DNA of 64,000 bases, taken from the sequence record PV740454.1; one strand, given 5' to 3'. Below, piece by piece: positions 28,621 to 39,036 of this stretch. Each line of letters opens with the position of its first letter. The stretch's first letter is position 1. A program made the translations under genes and the position numbers. Below the pieces are notes generated by a model, which did not search any database, was not told the origin of the DNA, and saw only the letters and a list, made by a program, of their open reading frames with translations.

Positions 28621-29574
28621 ATGAATTTCGATCCAAAAGAACTACTATGGGAACAACGCTACCGTCCACAATCAATCAAAGAATGTGTTCTGCCAGAACG
28701 TGTTCGTTCTGTCTTTCAGAAGATGATTGATGACAACGACATCCCTAACATGCTTCTAGCAAGTAGCTCGCCTGGTACTGGTAAGACTACTGTTGCTCGT
28801 GCATTACTAGCTGACTTGGGCTACGACGTTCTATTCGTCAACGCTTCATCTTCTCGTGGTATCGGTCTAGTTCAACAAGAACTCCCTGCATTCTGTTCAA
28901 CTGTTTCATTCTCTGGTAAGCCTAAAGCAGTTATTCTAGATGAGGCAGACAACTTAACACCAGATGCTCAGAAAGCATTGCGTGGTCTGATTGAGCAGTT
29001 CAGCAAAAACGTTCGCTTTGTACTGACTTGTAACTACCCACAGAAAATCATCACTCCGATTCGTTCACGTCTACAGCTTTTCGAGTTTGTATATGACAAG
29101 TCTGATCGTTTATCGTGTGTGAAGCAGATGATTATTCGCTCTATGGCAATCTGTAAGCAAGAAGGTGTTCCCGTATCGAACGCTAACGTGCTTAAAGAGC
29201 TTGTAAAGCGTAATTACCCAGACAATCGTAAAACTATCGTGTCATTACAGAACTATGCACGTAGCGGCGGTATTGACGAAGGTATTCTGTCTCAGATTAC
29301 AGCTAATGATGACATTTCAGAAGTTATCAACGCACTGAGATCACGTGATTTCAAAACTGTGCGCGGTCTAGTTCCGAAATACACTGGTGACATTGCAGCA
29401 TTCTTGCATAATCTACACGAAGCGGCATACACTCAGCTTGATCCTAACAGTGTTTACACTGCTATTCAAATCATCGGTGACGCGAACAACAACGTAACAA
29501 GCTGTGTCGATCTTGAGATACTTCTAACGTATACACTTGCACAGTTGATGTTTGAATGTACATTTGCATCGTAA
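28621..29574 (+). CDS. 44: Clamp loader AAA+ subunit
   Basis: LWEQRYRPQSI; SPGTGKTT; ILDEAD; SRL; YPDNRK. Confidence 0.95.
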   Translation: MNFDPKELLWEQRYRPQSIKECVLPERVRSVFQKMIDDNDIPNMLLASSSPGTGKTTVARALLADLGYDVLFVNASSSRGIGLVQQELPAFCSTVSFSGKPKAVILDEADNLTPDAQKALRGLIEQFSKNVRFVLTCNYPQKIITPIRSRLQLFEFVYDKSDRLSCVKQMIIRSMAICKQEGVPVSNANVLKELVKRNYPDNRKTIVSLQNYARSGGIDEGILSQITANDDISEVINALRSRDFKTVRGLVPKYTGDIAAFLHNLHEAAYTQLDPNSVYTAIQIIGDANNNVTSCVDLEILLTYTLAQLMFECTFAS

Positions 29575-29583
29575 GGGGTCTTG

Positions 29584-30072
29584 ATGGATATTTTTGATCT
29601 ACTAGCGAAAGGTGAAGAAGCAGAAAAGCAAGCTAAAGCAGCAGAAGAAGATTTCGAAGCTGAAATGAAAGCTGCAAAAGTCAAGAAACTATCACCTTTT
29701 GACTTTCTCAATAGCTTGTACGAGAAAGACTACATTTTGACAGATGATAATGTCTCTCAATACAATGCATTCATGGTGAATCGAGGTATGTCTAACGGCA
29801 CTGATACTTTGGTTCACGCTTACATTATGGATCGATACGGCAGTAAATTGCCAGCGAAAATGCAATATGATTATTACTTTCATGCAGTTCGCAAAGGTAA
29901 GCGATACAACGGTTGGGCTAAAGAGCCGAAATACGATTCGATTGACATGATCATGGAAGTCTATGAACTTAGCAAGCCGAAGGCAATTGAAGTTCTAAAT
30001 CGTCTAACAGTTGAAGAGCTTGAGCAATTGACTACGTGGTTTGATTCCCGAACAGGGGGCTTAACACGCTAA
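29584..30072 (+). CDS. 62: Clamp loader small subunit
   Basis: SPFDFLN; YNAFMVNRGMS; YDYYFHAVRKGKRY; synteny with 44 and regA. Confidence 0.9.
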   Translation: MDIFDLLAKGEEAEKQAKAAEEDFEAEMKAAKVKKLSPFDFLNSLYEKDYILTDDNVSQYNAFMVNRGMSNGTDTLVHAYIMDRYGSKLPAKMQYDYYFHAVRKGKRYNGWAKEPKYDSIDMIMEVYELSKPKAIEVLNRLTVEELEQLTTWFDSRTGGLTR

Positions 30073-30106
30073 TAAATATGTTTTTATTATGCTGTTGAGA
30101 TTAATC

Positions 30107-30487
30107 ATGGACATTATTAACAAACTTGAAATTCAATTACCTGATGACGATGCTTTTCTAAAGATTCGCGAAACGTTAACGCGAATCGGCATCGCCAATA
30201 ACAAAACTAATACTCTGTATCAGTCATGTCATATTCTGCAAAAACGCGGTGTGTATTTTCTGGTGCACTTTAAAGAACTACTAGCACTTGACGGTCGCTG
30301 CGTTGAAATTACTGACGAAGATATTGAGCGTCGTAATAACATCGCCAAGCTTCTTGAAGATTGGAACTTGTGCAAAATTGCCCATCCTGAATCGCATGAC
30401 TTCAGTGGCGACAATAAGTTCCGCGTTATTTCGTTTCGTGATTCGAAAAACTGGAATCTACGTTACAAGTATCGCATAGGCTCTTAA
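30107..30487 (+). CDS. regA: Translational repressor RegA
   Basis: FLKIRETLTRIGIA...LYQSCHILQKRG..YFLVHFKELL..DG. Confidence 0.96.
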   Translation: MDIINKLEIQLPDDDAFLKIRETLTRIGIANNKTNTLYQSCHILQKRGVYFLVHFKELLALDGRCVEITDEDIERRNNIAKLLEDWNLCKIAHPESHDFSGDNKFRVISFRDSKNWNLRYKYRIGS

Positions 30488-30488
30488 A

Positions 30489-31115
30489 TCACTTAGACTT
30501 GCAATTGTCAAAGTGGTGACGAGTCATTGCACCGCCTTTTTTGCCTTGCTTTCCGCAATGCGGGCACGTGACAACTGGGAGATTCAAAAGAGCCTCGCGT
30601 ATTTTCCGTGAGTGTTCTTTTGATTTCGAGACGCCTTTTCGTGATTTTGACATTTTTTCTTTTGTTGCATCACTAGTCGGTTCTCTATTCTCCCATGCTT
30701 TTTTAAGATTTTCACGATGTTCGTCGCTGAATGGGCCGCGCACGATACCTGTCAGAGTTTGGGATATGGCTTTTGCATGAGCTTCGCGTGCATAACGATA
30801 GCTATGGGAATTATGTCTCTTATCGTTAGCGAGACGATGCCACGCATGTGCCATTTTGTTATTGTTATAAATTTTAAACAAGAGCCAATGGACTAAGAAG
30901 TGTTCTCTTGCAGTGAGTACTACAAGATTGCTCTTATCTTCAGAATCAATGTCAAATACGTAATCATCACGTTCGATACTCTTTGTATATCGACACATAG
31001 ACTTGGGTGATATGTGATGGAGTTCTACGTAGACTGGTGCAGTTGACTTTGTCCATGCTCTTTCTAACGCTCGATTTATAATCTCGTCGTGTATTCTTTT
31101 GTAATTCATATGCAT
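30489..31115 (-). mobile_element. Free-standing HNH homing endonuclease gene
   Basis: ELHHISPKS...NLVVLTAREHFLVHWLL; NUMOD3-like tail; CPHCGK; own TATAAATA (minus strand, 31134-31141). Confidence 0.88.
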
Positions 31116-31182
31116 TCCTAAATGGTTTCTTTGTATTTATAACGGACGAGTCGAAAATTCGGTTTTATTTGAGGAAAATATT

Positions 31183-31794
31183 ATGGCAGAAGCAAGATTC
31201 GAATTAGGTTTAGTTGGAGAATTCTTAGCTGAAACAATAGTACCTGAACATCTAGGGTGTGAGCTAGTCGCTCGTACTGATGTGTTCAGAGACGAGCACA
31301 ATCGCGTCAATTACGACTACGACGTGGTTTTCAAAGACGCACATCGCTTTGGTGGCGACATCATTTATGGGCTTGATGCAAAGGTCAAGTCTCACATCTC
31401 ATATCATCCGAATATCGATAACGTAGAAATACTTTATATCGACCAGTTCAAATACCATGATTATATTGGTATTGTGAATGACGAGGGTCGAGACAACATA
31501 AAGTTTTATTTTCTATTTGTTGACCGTTCAGCATTTGACATTTATTTAATTGGCGACATGCCGGATTATACAAACTTGTATATTTCTGGATCTGAATATA
31601 ACTCGCATGGCAAGAATAAAGAAAACTTACATATTGCATGGGATTTATCTAAGCACTCTCCTATTGTTAAATTCAGTGAACGCGGCAAAGCAGCTCTTAA
31701 TAAATGCGTTGAGCGATACAAAAAGCATGAAATCAATAAAAATCAATATCGAGAATTAGTCAAAAGTGTTTATCATCGTCATTCTACGATGTAG
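31183..31794 (+). CDS. Putative PD-(D/E)XK nuclease
   Basis: LGLVGE helix, YDYDVVF, LDAKVK (D...DxK arrangement); GAGG RBS. Confidence 0.5.
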   Translation: MAEARFELGLVGEFLAETIVPEHLGCELVARTDVFRDEHNRVNYDYDVVFKDAHRFGGDIIYGLDAKVKSHISYHPNIDNVEILYIDQFKYHDYIGIVNDEGRDNIKFYFLFVDRSAFDIYLIGDMPDYTNLYISGSEYNSHGKNKENLHIAWDLSKHSPIVKFSERGKAALNKCVERYKKHEINKNQYRELVKSVYHRHSTM

Positions 31795-31828
31795 CATAGC
31801 AACACGTAACAACTTGTGAAGGAATAGC

Positions 31829-34381
31829 ATGACAATCTATACATCAATTGAACGAATCGGGTCTAATCTATGTGAGCGTTACATCGATGACGACGGCTTT
31901 GAGCACATGCGCAAAGTGAAGTACGAACCGACACTTTTTATTCATTGTAATGAAGAAACTGGTTACAAAGACATCTACGGTCGTAACTGTCGCCCTAAGT
32001 TGTTTGATACGATGGGCGAGGCAAGCAAATACATCAAAGATACTAAGCAGCATCATGAAGTACTCGGGATGGATGACTTCGTAGTTACTTACATTTCTGA
32101 TGTATACAAAGAGCGTAAGTTTGATATCAGTCGTATTCGAATCGCGAACATCGATATTGAGACTCCATCTGTGGAGTTCCCAGAAGCAGCACATGCTCCT
32201 GTGCCAATTACGTCAATCGGGCACTATGACAACATCGACGATAAGTTCTACGTTTATGGTATCCCGTCAAATACTGAATGGTCGCGTGAAAGTAGCATTG
32301 TTAAGCCAGAGCTTCTAGAAAAGACGGTTTATATTCGTTGTGCGACTGAAAAAGAGCTGCTGATCAAGTATCTTCAATTCTGGCGTGAGAAAACCCCAGC
32401 AATCGTAACTGGTTGGAACATTGAATCGTTCGATATGCCGTACATCGTTAACAGATACAAGAATCTGTTTGGCGAGAAGGTGATGAACAGCTTATCACCT
32501 TGGGGTAAAGTTCAAGTATCGACTACAGTCAATGACTACGGTCAAGAAATGTGTAAGGTGAATATTCTCGGTGTATCTGAACTCGATTATCTTCAGCTTT
32601 ACAAAAAGTTCACGTATGTTACTCGTCCGTCATATCGATTAGACTACATTGGCGAAGTTGAGCTTGGTGAGAAAAAAGTAGAATTCGAACAAGCGAACTA
32701 CCTAGAATTCTACGAGCAAGATTATCAGAACTTCATTGACTACCAGATTCAAGACGTTAACTTGGTTAAGAGACTCGATGACAAACTTCAGCTTATGCTA
32801 TTGACTGTCTCACTTGGCTATTACGCTGGCATCAACTATCAAACTGTACTTGGGACAATCAAGCCGTGGGATGCAATCATCTTCAACAGCTTGAAAGCTC
32901 AGAAGAAAGTAGTTCCGATGATGACATCACATGAAGGTGGTCGATTTATGGGTGCGTTTGTTAAAGCGCCTCAAGTTGGATATCATCGTGGCATTGGTTC
33001 TTTTGACTTGACATCACTGTACCCGTCGATCATTCGTGAGTGTAACATTTCACCAGAAACAATCGTTGGTCAGCTTGATTACGAAGGCACGCTTGAAGAT
33101 CGTATCGACAAGATTGTTGACATGGCAATTTCGTTCCCTGCTGATGAGATTTCAAACAGCGCGAACGGTATGCAATATCGCAAAGATATTCGCGGTGTAA
33201 TCCCGATTGAAATCGAGAAGGTGTTCTTCCAGCGTAAAGAAAACAAAAATATCGCGTCTGATTTCAAGAAGAAATCTCTTGAGATTCGTCATCATATGGA
33301 TGAGCACGGTGAAACTCCTGAACTTCTAGCTGAATACGAAGAAGCGAAGCATCAAGCTAAGATCTACGACGTGCAACAGATGGCAAGAAAAATTCTTATC
33401 AACTCACTCTATGGTGCGTTAGGCAACGAATTTTTCAGATTTTACGATCTGCGTAACGCTGAAGCAGTAACAGCATACGGTCAGCTTGCAATCAAATGGG
33501 TAGCGCGTGACGTTAACATCTGGTTGAACAAAGTTTGTAAGACAACTGACAAAGACTACGTGATTTACGGTGATACCGACTCAATTTACGTTAACTTTGA
33601 TCCATTACTTGAACTGACTGGTATCAACAAGCTTGAAGGCGATGACTACACAGATAAGTTTGCTAAAGTCTGTGAGACAGTTGAAACGAAAGTAATCAAC
33701 CCATCGTATGAAGCACTTCACAAGTACATGAACACGTACGAGCGTCAAATGTACATGGATCGCGAAGTTCTAGCGCGTACTGGCTTCTTTATCGCGAAAA
33801 AACGTTATGCGCTTGATGTGCAAGATAACGAAGGTATTCGTGAGCCTAAGCTGAAAATCATGGGTATTGAAACTCAGCGTAGTTCAACACCACCGCTATG
33901 TCAGAAAGGTCTTAAAGAATCGATTCGATTGATTCTGCAAGAAGGTGAAGACAAGCTGCAAGAATACGTTAAAGGCTACGAGAAGCAGTTCAAGTCAGCG
34001 CCATATCAAGAGATTTCATTCGTGTCTAGTGCAAACAACATGAACAAATACTCTGATGATAAAGGTAACCCAGGTAAGGGATGCCCAGGTCACGTGAAAG
34101 GTGCGTTGTACTACAATAAACTTGCTGAAGAGCATGGGTTTGACAAGATCAACGAGGGTGACAAAATCGCTGTTGTGTTCTTGACTCGTAACAAACACGG
34201 CATTGATCGTATCGCGTACCCATCTGGTGGTAAGCTGCCAGAAGCGTTGAACTACTTGATTGATCACGTTGATTACAATCGTCTTTACGAAGACAAATTC
34301 ATCAAGCCGTTGTCTGCGATTTCTGAAGCAATCAAGTTTGACTACAAGAAAACAATCACATTGGAGAGTTTCTTTGGCTAA
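31829..34381 (+). CDS. 43: DNA polymerase, family B
   Basis: DIET Exo I; [12 protein letters not shown]; KILINSLYG; YGDTDS; KKRYAL; uninterrupted 850 aa. Confidence 0.98.
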   Translation: MTIYTSIERIGSNLCERYIDDDGFEHMRKVKYEPTLFIHCNEETGYKDIYGRNCRPKLFDTMGEASKYIKDTKQHHEVLGMDDFVVTYISDVYKERKFDISRIRIANIDIETPSVEFPEAAHAPVPITSIGHYDNIDDKFYVYGIPSNTEWSRESSIVKPELLEKTVYIRCATEKELLIKYLQFWREKTPAIVTGWNIESFDMPYIVNRYKNLFGEKVMNSLSPWGKVQVSTTVNDYGQEMCKVNILGVSELDYLQLYKKFTYVTRPSYRLDYIGEVELGEKKVEFEQANYLEFYEQDYQNFIDYQIQDVNLVKRLDDKLQLMLLTVSLGYYAGINYQTVLGTIKPWDAIIFNSLKAQKKVVPMMTSHEGGRFMGAFVKAPQVGYHRGIGSFDLTSLYPSIIRECNISPETIVGQLDYEGTLEDRIDKIVDMAISFPADEISNSANGMQYRKDIRGVIPIEIEKVFFQRKENKNIASDFKKKSLEIRHHMDEHGETPELLAEYEEAKHQAKIYDVQQMARKILINSLYGALGNEFFRFYDLRNAEAVTAYGQLAIKWVARDVNIWLNKVCKTTDKDYVIYGDTDSIYVNFDPLLELTGINKLEGDDYTDKFAKVCETVETKVINPSYEALHKYMNTYERQMYMDREVLARTGFFIAKKRYALDVQDNEGIREPKLKIMGIETQRSSTPPLCQKGLKESIRLILQEGEDKLQEYVKGYEKQFKSAPYQEISFVSSANNMNKYSDDKGNPGKGCPGHVKGALYYNKLAEEHGFDKINEGDKIAVVFLTRNKHGIDRIAYPSGGKLPEALNYLIDHVDYNRLYEDKFIKPLSAISEAIKFDYKKTITLESFFG

Positions 34382-34676
34382 CATAGACAAAATAGCAATC
34401 GGTGGCGCAGAAATGCGCCCACCTATTGATGTATGTCGCGACCATTTCCCTAGTTCGAGAAATTGGCAAGAACCGTGGATTGAACCACAGACCTATGTAA
34501 CGCATAATCAAGACGTTAACTTGGACATTTCATCTTGGTATGTTGATCATAAGAATAATGTGTTGTCGATTACGCTGAAAAACGAAGAACCGTCTATTCA
34601 CGGTATCGTTATTCCGCCACGAGTCAATCTTGATCTATCAAAGGTCAAAGACATCATCAGCGAAATATTGAAATAA
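34260..34676 (+). CDS. Hypothetical protein (true start probably near 34374-34413)
   Basis: Fills the gap between 43 and rnlA. Confidence 0.5.
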   Translation: MITLITIVFTKTNSSSRCLRFLKQSSLTTRKQSHWRVSLANIDKIAIGGAEMRPPIDVCRDHFPSSRNWQEPWIEPQTYVTHNQDVNLDISSWYVDHKNNVLSITLKNEEPSIHGIVIPPRVNLDLSKVKDIISEILK

Positions 34677-34714
34677 GTTGTTGACAGTGTGCATTTATCG
34701 TGTACACTGTCAAC
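34677..34714 (+). promoter_or_regulatory. Promoter within an inverted repeat upstream of rnlA
   Basis: GTTGACAGTGT...ACACTGTCAAC stem containing TTGACA and TACACT. Confidence 0.6.
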
Positions 34715-34736
34715 ATCAATTCGAGAGGAGAGTAAC

Positions 34737-35876
34737 ATGAACGAACTATACAACAACTTAATGACATTAGCTGAATCTGCTGAAGGTAAGTTCTTCTTCG
34801 TAGACCATCTTTCACCGCTTGGTGAAAAATTTCGAGTGTTCAGCTATCACATTGCATCTTATTCAGATTGGCTGCTGCCAGATGCTCTAGAAGCACGTGG
34901 TATCATGTTTCAACTTGATGAAAACGACGAAATGATTCGTATTGTGTCTCGCCCAATGGAGAAATTCTTCAATCTCGGTGAGAACCCATTCACGATGGAT
35001 CTTGATTTGACGACAACTGTTCAACTAATGGACAAAGCTGATGGTTCGTTGATTAGCACGTACTTGACTGGTGACAACTTCGCGCTGAAATCAAAGACAA
35101 GTATCTTCTCTGAGCAAGCAGTCGCTGCGAATCGATACATCAAGCATGTTTCTAATCGTGATCTTTGGGAATTTTGTGATGATTGTGCATCACAGAACTT
35201 GACAGTCAACATGGAATGGTGTGCACCGAACAATCGAATTGTTCTTGAGTACACAGAGCCTAAGTTGATCATCTTGAACATTCGTGACAACGAAACAGGT
35301 GAATACGTTAGCTTTGATGACATCCCAATTGGTGCGTTGACTCGTATCAAGAAATGGTTGGTTGATGAATATGACCCTACAATTGCGCATGTTGATGACT
35401 TTGTTGAAACGCTGAAAGCGAAGAAAGGTATCGAAGGCATGATCTTGCGTCTAGCATCTGGTCAATCTGTGAAAATCAAAACCACATGGTATGTTGATTT
35501 ACACGCTCAGAAAGACTCTGTGAACTCTCCTAAGAAATTAGTGACGACTATCTTAAATAAGAATCACGACGACCTCTACGCGCTGTTTGCTGACGATAAA
35601 CCGACAATTGAGCGTATTCGTGAGTTTGATGAGCACGTGTCGAAGAAAGTAGTTGAATCGTTTCATGCTGTGAGTCAGTATTACGCTAAAAATCGTCATC
35701 TTTCGCGCAAAGATTTCGCGATTTCTGGTCAGAAAGCACTTAAACCGTGGGAATTTGGTGTCGCAATGATTGCATATCAGAATCAAACTGTTGAAGGTGT
35801 TGTTACGATGCTTATCAATGCTTATCTGAAACGACCAGAACTGTTAATCCCTGAAAAATATCTAAGCGAGGTGTAA
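34737..35876 (+). CDS. rnlA: RNA ligase 1
   Basis: YSDWLLPDALEARGIMF; RPMEKFFN; KADGS (KxDG); EGMIL; VKIK. Confidence 0.95.
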   Translation: MNELYNNLMTLAESAEGKFFFVDHLSPLGEKFRVFSYHIASYSDWLLPDALEARGIMFQLDENDEMIRIVSRPMEKFFNLGENPFTMDLDLTTTVQLMDKADGSLISTYLTGDNFALKSKTSIFSEQAVAANRYIKHVSNRDLWEFCDDCASQNLTVNMEWCAPNNRIVLEYTEPKLIILNIRDNETGEYVSFDDIPIGALTRIKKWLVDEYDPTIAHVDDFVETLKAKKGIEGMILRLASGQSVKIKTTWYVDLHAQKDSVNSPKKLVTTILNKNHDDLYALFADDKPTIERIREFDEHVSKKVVESFHAVSQYYAKNRHLSRKDFAISGQKALKPWEFGVAMIAYQNQTVEGVVTMLINAYLKRPELLIPEKYLSEV

Positions 35877-36143
35877 ATGCATCACTTTGTGTTTCAAAAT
35901 GGGGAGCCGATGAACGTCGGCAACCCACAAGAGTTTCTTGATAAATTTAACAATCAATTCATCCCAGAGCTGCGAAAGCGATTAGACAACGACTCACGTG
36001 GTGGTAAAATCGTTTATATTGGTGCTGCTCAATCAAATACCGTCCAAGGTATTGACATTCAAATTGAAGACAAGAACGGTGTAATTTCGACGTTCTTCGT
36101 TGACCCATTCAGACAGACGTTCTGTCCAGTCTTCTTCCAATGA
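35877..36143 (+). CDS. Hypothetical protein
   Basis: Abuts the rnlA stop. Confidence 0.55.
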   Translation: MHHFVFQNGEPMNVGNPQEFLDKFNNQFIPELRKRLDNDSRGGKIVYIGAAQSNTVQGIDIQIEDKNGVISTFFVDPFRQTFCPVFFQ

Positions 36144-36178
36144 TAAATACTCTCATGTGACACACATGGGAGTATATT

Positions 36179-36562
36179 ATGTTCGCACAGTACAAACTTT
36201 ACATTCTTTTAGCAGTTGCTGCTATTGTCATTGGCTCTATTGGTTACTTGAAGTACCAAAATGTCAGTCTTGAGAAAGACATAGCAAAGCAAGCAACTGT
36301 AATCGAACAGCTTACCAACGACAACGAACGTCTTTCTGAAACAATCAAGCTCAAAAATCAAACAATCGAAGACTGGCGTCTTGTGTACGAAGAGCAAACG
36401 AAATTTCGTTCAGATCTTCAGAAAGAGCTAGATCAGAAGAACAATACCATTGAAAAATACAAAGCTAGACAAGACGTTGTATTTGCAAAGCCAGGGTTAG
36501 TTCAGCGTTTAGAGCAGAAAGCACTAGATAAATTCTTTAACGAGGTGCGCAATGGTCAATAA
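36179..36562 (+). CDS. Inner-membrane spanin (pseT.3-like)
   Basis: N-terminal TM plus coiled coil ending AKPGLVQR; GATAAATA at 36142; synteny rnlA-pseT. Confidence 0.8.
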   Translation: MFAQYKLYILLAVAAIVIGSIGYLKYQNVSLEKDIAKQATVIEQLTNDNERLSETIKLKNQTIEDWRLVYEEQTKFRSDLQKELDQKNNTIEKYKARQDVVFAKPGLVQRLEQKALDKFFNEVRNGQ

Positions 36563-36881
36563 AATACTAGCAGTTGTTCTTGCATCGATGTTAGTCGGGT
36601 GTATTGGAACATCAAAAGAACCAGTACCAGTACCAACAACGAATGAAATCGTCCATCCGAGTATGCCGACAGCCCCTGCGAATCCGGGTGTTAAGATATT
36701 GGTAATTACGACTGATACGATTGAAGACAACACGGCGTATGTTGGATTTAAGTACGACGAATGGCTGAACTTTGCTAAGTGGATGCACTCGTATAAAGCG
36801 TATAATGATGATTTGCTTGAAGTTATTCGACTTTATAAAGAGCAAGATCCAGCATTACAGAAAAAAGATGAAAAAAATTAA
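36552..36881 (+). CDS. Outer-membrane lipoprotein spanin (pseT.2-like)
   Basis: Lipobox LVGC; Pro-rich HPSMP; overlaps the i-spanin. Confidence 0.8.
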   Translation: MVNKILAVVLASMLVGCIGTSKEPVPVPTTNEIVHPSMPTAPANPGVKILVITTDTIEDNTAYVGFKYDEWLNFAKWMHSYKAYNDDLLEVIRLYKEQDPALQKKDEKN

Positions 36882-36887
36882 AGAAAA

Positions 36888-36963
36888 GGGTTGCTTCGGC
36901 AGCCCTTTTTGCGTATTATAGCTTTATCGAAACGACATCGACTAACTAAGAGAGAACATTATG
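36888..36963 (+). promoter_or_regulatory. Terminator-promoter cassette with conserved leader (copy 3)
   Basis: GGGTTGC-TTCG-GCAGCCC-T5; TTGCTT-N17-TATTAT; leader 51/52 identical to copy 1. Confidence 0.85.
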
Positions 36964-37278
36964 ATTACATTCAAACGCAGAAACTTAATGGAAGACCATC
37001 CTGATTGTACACCAATTTGGGCATACGATTCAGTCGATAGACTTGCTAGTACAGATGTGATGATTCGAATCAACGAGCGTAACTTTTACAATAACGTAAC
37101 TGGTGAAAGTCATTCGAAACTTAGAATTACACGTGACCGTGTTGGTACTAAGTGGGTTCTTCGTGCAACATCAGCACACAATGCATGTAAACTTGTTGTT
37201 GTGTGTGACGACTTCAAGACGAAGAAAGAAGTAGTTGAATACGTAAATGAAGTTTACTTTAACACAAAAGGGCTGTAA
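36961..37278 (+). CDS. Hypothetical early protein
   Basis: Behind promoter cassette. Confidence 0.7.
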   Translation: MITFKRRNLMEDHPDCTPIWAYDSVDRLASTDVMIRINERNFYNNVTGESHSKLRITRDRVGTKWVLRATSAHNACKLVVVCDDFKTKKEVVEYVNEVYFNTKGL

Positions 37279-37279
37279 T

Positions 37280-37507
37280 ATGAAGCATCTAGAAATCGCT
37301 CAGAAAGAAGCAAGCACGCAATTTGAACAATACGGTGTATGTAGCACATTTCAGCTTGAGAGTCTTATTGAAGAGCTAGAAGCTGTTGTTCCAAGCAACG
37401 TCTTTGTAAAAGCAGCGCGAAATGAGCTTGATGCATTCAGTGCATTATCTGGTAATCGCACTGATCAGCTACTTGAAATTGCAAAATCTCTAGTAACACG
37501 ATACTAA
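37280..37507 (+). CDS. Hypothetical protein
   Basis: 75 aa ORF in operon. Confidence 0.6.
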   Translation: MKHLEIAQKEASTQFEQYGVCSTFQLESLIEELEAVVPSNVFVKAARNELDAFSALSGNRTDQLLEIAKSLVTRY

Positions 37508-37518
37508 TAAGGATTAAA

Positions 37519-38424
37519 ATGAAACTGATTGTGACAGTAGGCGTGCCAGCGTCTGGTAAAACAACATGGGCAGAAAAATACTGCGAAGAAAACAATGCAG
37601 TGAACGTCAATCGTGACGACACTCGACAAGAACTATTTGGTCCATTCAAATGGGGTGAATACAAGTTCGAGAAGAAAAATGAAGAGCTTGTGACTAAAGT
37701 CAACAAAGACAAAGCTCTAATGTCTCTACGCTTCGGTATGGACGTTGTTATCTCTGATACTAACCTTGTACCAGAGCGTCGTGAAGAATGGCGCAATATC
37801 GCTAAAGAACTAGGTGCTGAATACGAAGAGCGATTATTTCATATCTCGTTCGACGAAGCATTTGCACGCGATAAAGCACGTGAAATGTCAGTGGGTGGCA
37901 AAGTTCTGACTACAATGTTCCAGAACTACCACAAAAACAATCGCGACTTGATTATCAAGCACTTCAAAGAGCGTCTTGAATACTTGTGGAAGCACGCTAC
38001 TATTGCGGTTGTTCTGTCTGATATCGACGGTACAGTTGCCGAAATGCATAAAGGCGTTAAAGGTCGTCGTAGCCCATTTGAATGGCTTCGCGTTGAAGAA
38101 GATACCCCACGTGACACTGTAATCGAGATTCTTGATTACATGAGCTTTGATTACAAGATCATCTTTATGAGTGGGCGTGATGGTATTTGTGAAGAGCATA
38201 CACGTCGCTGGCTAACAGAACACATGCCATTTTGTTGGTATGATTTGGTAATGCGTAAGAAAGGCGATTCTCGCCCTGACTGGATTATCAAGCTAGAATT
38301 GCTAGTTGAACTAGCAGAAAAAGGTTATGTCCCGAAAGTTATGTTCGATGACCGTGACCAAGTAGTCAATACTCTACGTGAAGTGGGTGTTGAAGTGTTC
38401 CAAGTACAACCAGGTAATTTTTAA
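37519..38424 (+). CDS. pseT: Polynucleotide 5'-kinase / 3'-phosphatase
   Basis: GVPASGKTT, NRDDTR, ISDTNL (kinase); SDIDGT, MSGRD, FDDR (HAD phosphatase). Confidence 0.96.
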   Translation: MKLIVTVGVPASGKTTWAEKYCEENNAVNVNRDDTRQELFGPFKWGEYKFEKKNEELVTKVNKDKALMSLRFGMDVVISDTNLVPERREEWRNIAKELGAEYEERLFHISFDEAFARDKAREMSVGGKVLTTMFQNYHKNNRDLIIKHFKERLEYLWKHATIAVVLSDIDGTVAEMHKGVKGRRSPFEWLRVEEDTPRDTVIEILDYMSFDYKIIFMSGRDGICEEHTRRWLTEHMPFCWYDLVMRKKGDSRPDWIIKLELLVELAEKGYVPKVMFDDRDQVVNTLREVGVEVFQVQPGNF

Positions 38425-38436
38425 AAAGGTAAAATC

Positions 38437-39036
38437 ATGACTGAAACAGTATTAGCAGTAATTTCAATTTCGTTCGTAGCTCTTGTAGTCTACTTGTACA
38501 TTCGCGAACAAAACAAACGCAAAGCAGCAAATGCAGTATCGATGCGTGACCGCGCTGAGGGGCTTGCAGAGAAGCTTCCGACTAAAGAGCAACAAGAGCT
38601 TGATAAACTGAAAGAAGCAGCTACAGTTCGTTCACAGAACGGCTCACCGACTGGTGCTTCACGCATGAAGGCTACTGTAACTCATACGTCTCGACATGCT
38701 GCACCGTCACGCCCTGTAGCGTCTCGTACGCGACGTGATGACGATGACATCATCACTAACCCACTACACCCGTTGAATCCGATTACAGATCCACTAGATG
38801 TGTATGGCTCTGATGATACAGTATGCGGTATGCGTGATGACACACCAGCACCGACACGAAGCTACTCAGCGCCAGAACCAAGCTACCGCGAGCCAGAACC
38901 ATCACGCAGTGCAAGCGTTTCAAGCCCAGGTAGTTACTCATTCGGTGGTAGTTCAGACAGCGGTTCTAGCTCTAGCAGTTCGAGTGACAGCTACTCAAGT
39001 TCAAGTAGCGATTCAAGCAGTGGGAGCTTCGATTAA
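38437..39036 (+). CDS. Single-pass membrane protein with Ser/Asp-rich tail
   Basis: N-terminal TM; C-terminal SSDSGSSSSSSSDSYSSSSSDSSSGSFD. Confidence 0.7.
   Translation: MTETVLAVISISFVALVVYLYIREQNKRKAANAVSMRDRAEGLAEKLPTKEQQELDKLKEAATVRSQNGSPTGASRMKATVTHTSRHAAPSRPVASRTRRDDDDIITNPLHPLNPITDPLDVYGSDDTVCGMRDDTPAPTRSYSAPEPSYREPEPSRSASVSSPGSYSFGGSSDSGSSSSSSSDSYSSSSSDSSSGSFD

Noticed and set aside
31829-34381. Intron or intein in the DNA polymerase
   Set aside because: Continuous 850-aa ORF with all motifs at the expected spacing
34689-34736. Extended N-termini from the ORF track (e.g. 34689, 2803, 5343, 10550, 11670, 27855, 30089, 56866)
   Set aside because: Downstream ATGs have proper RBS and match homolog starts; the extensions run through promoters or neighbouring genes
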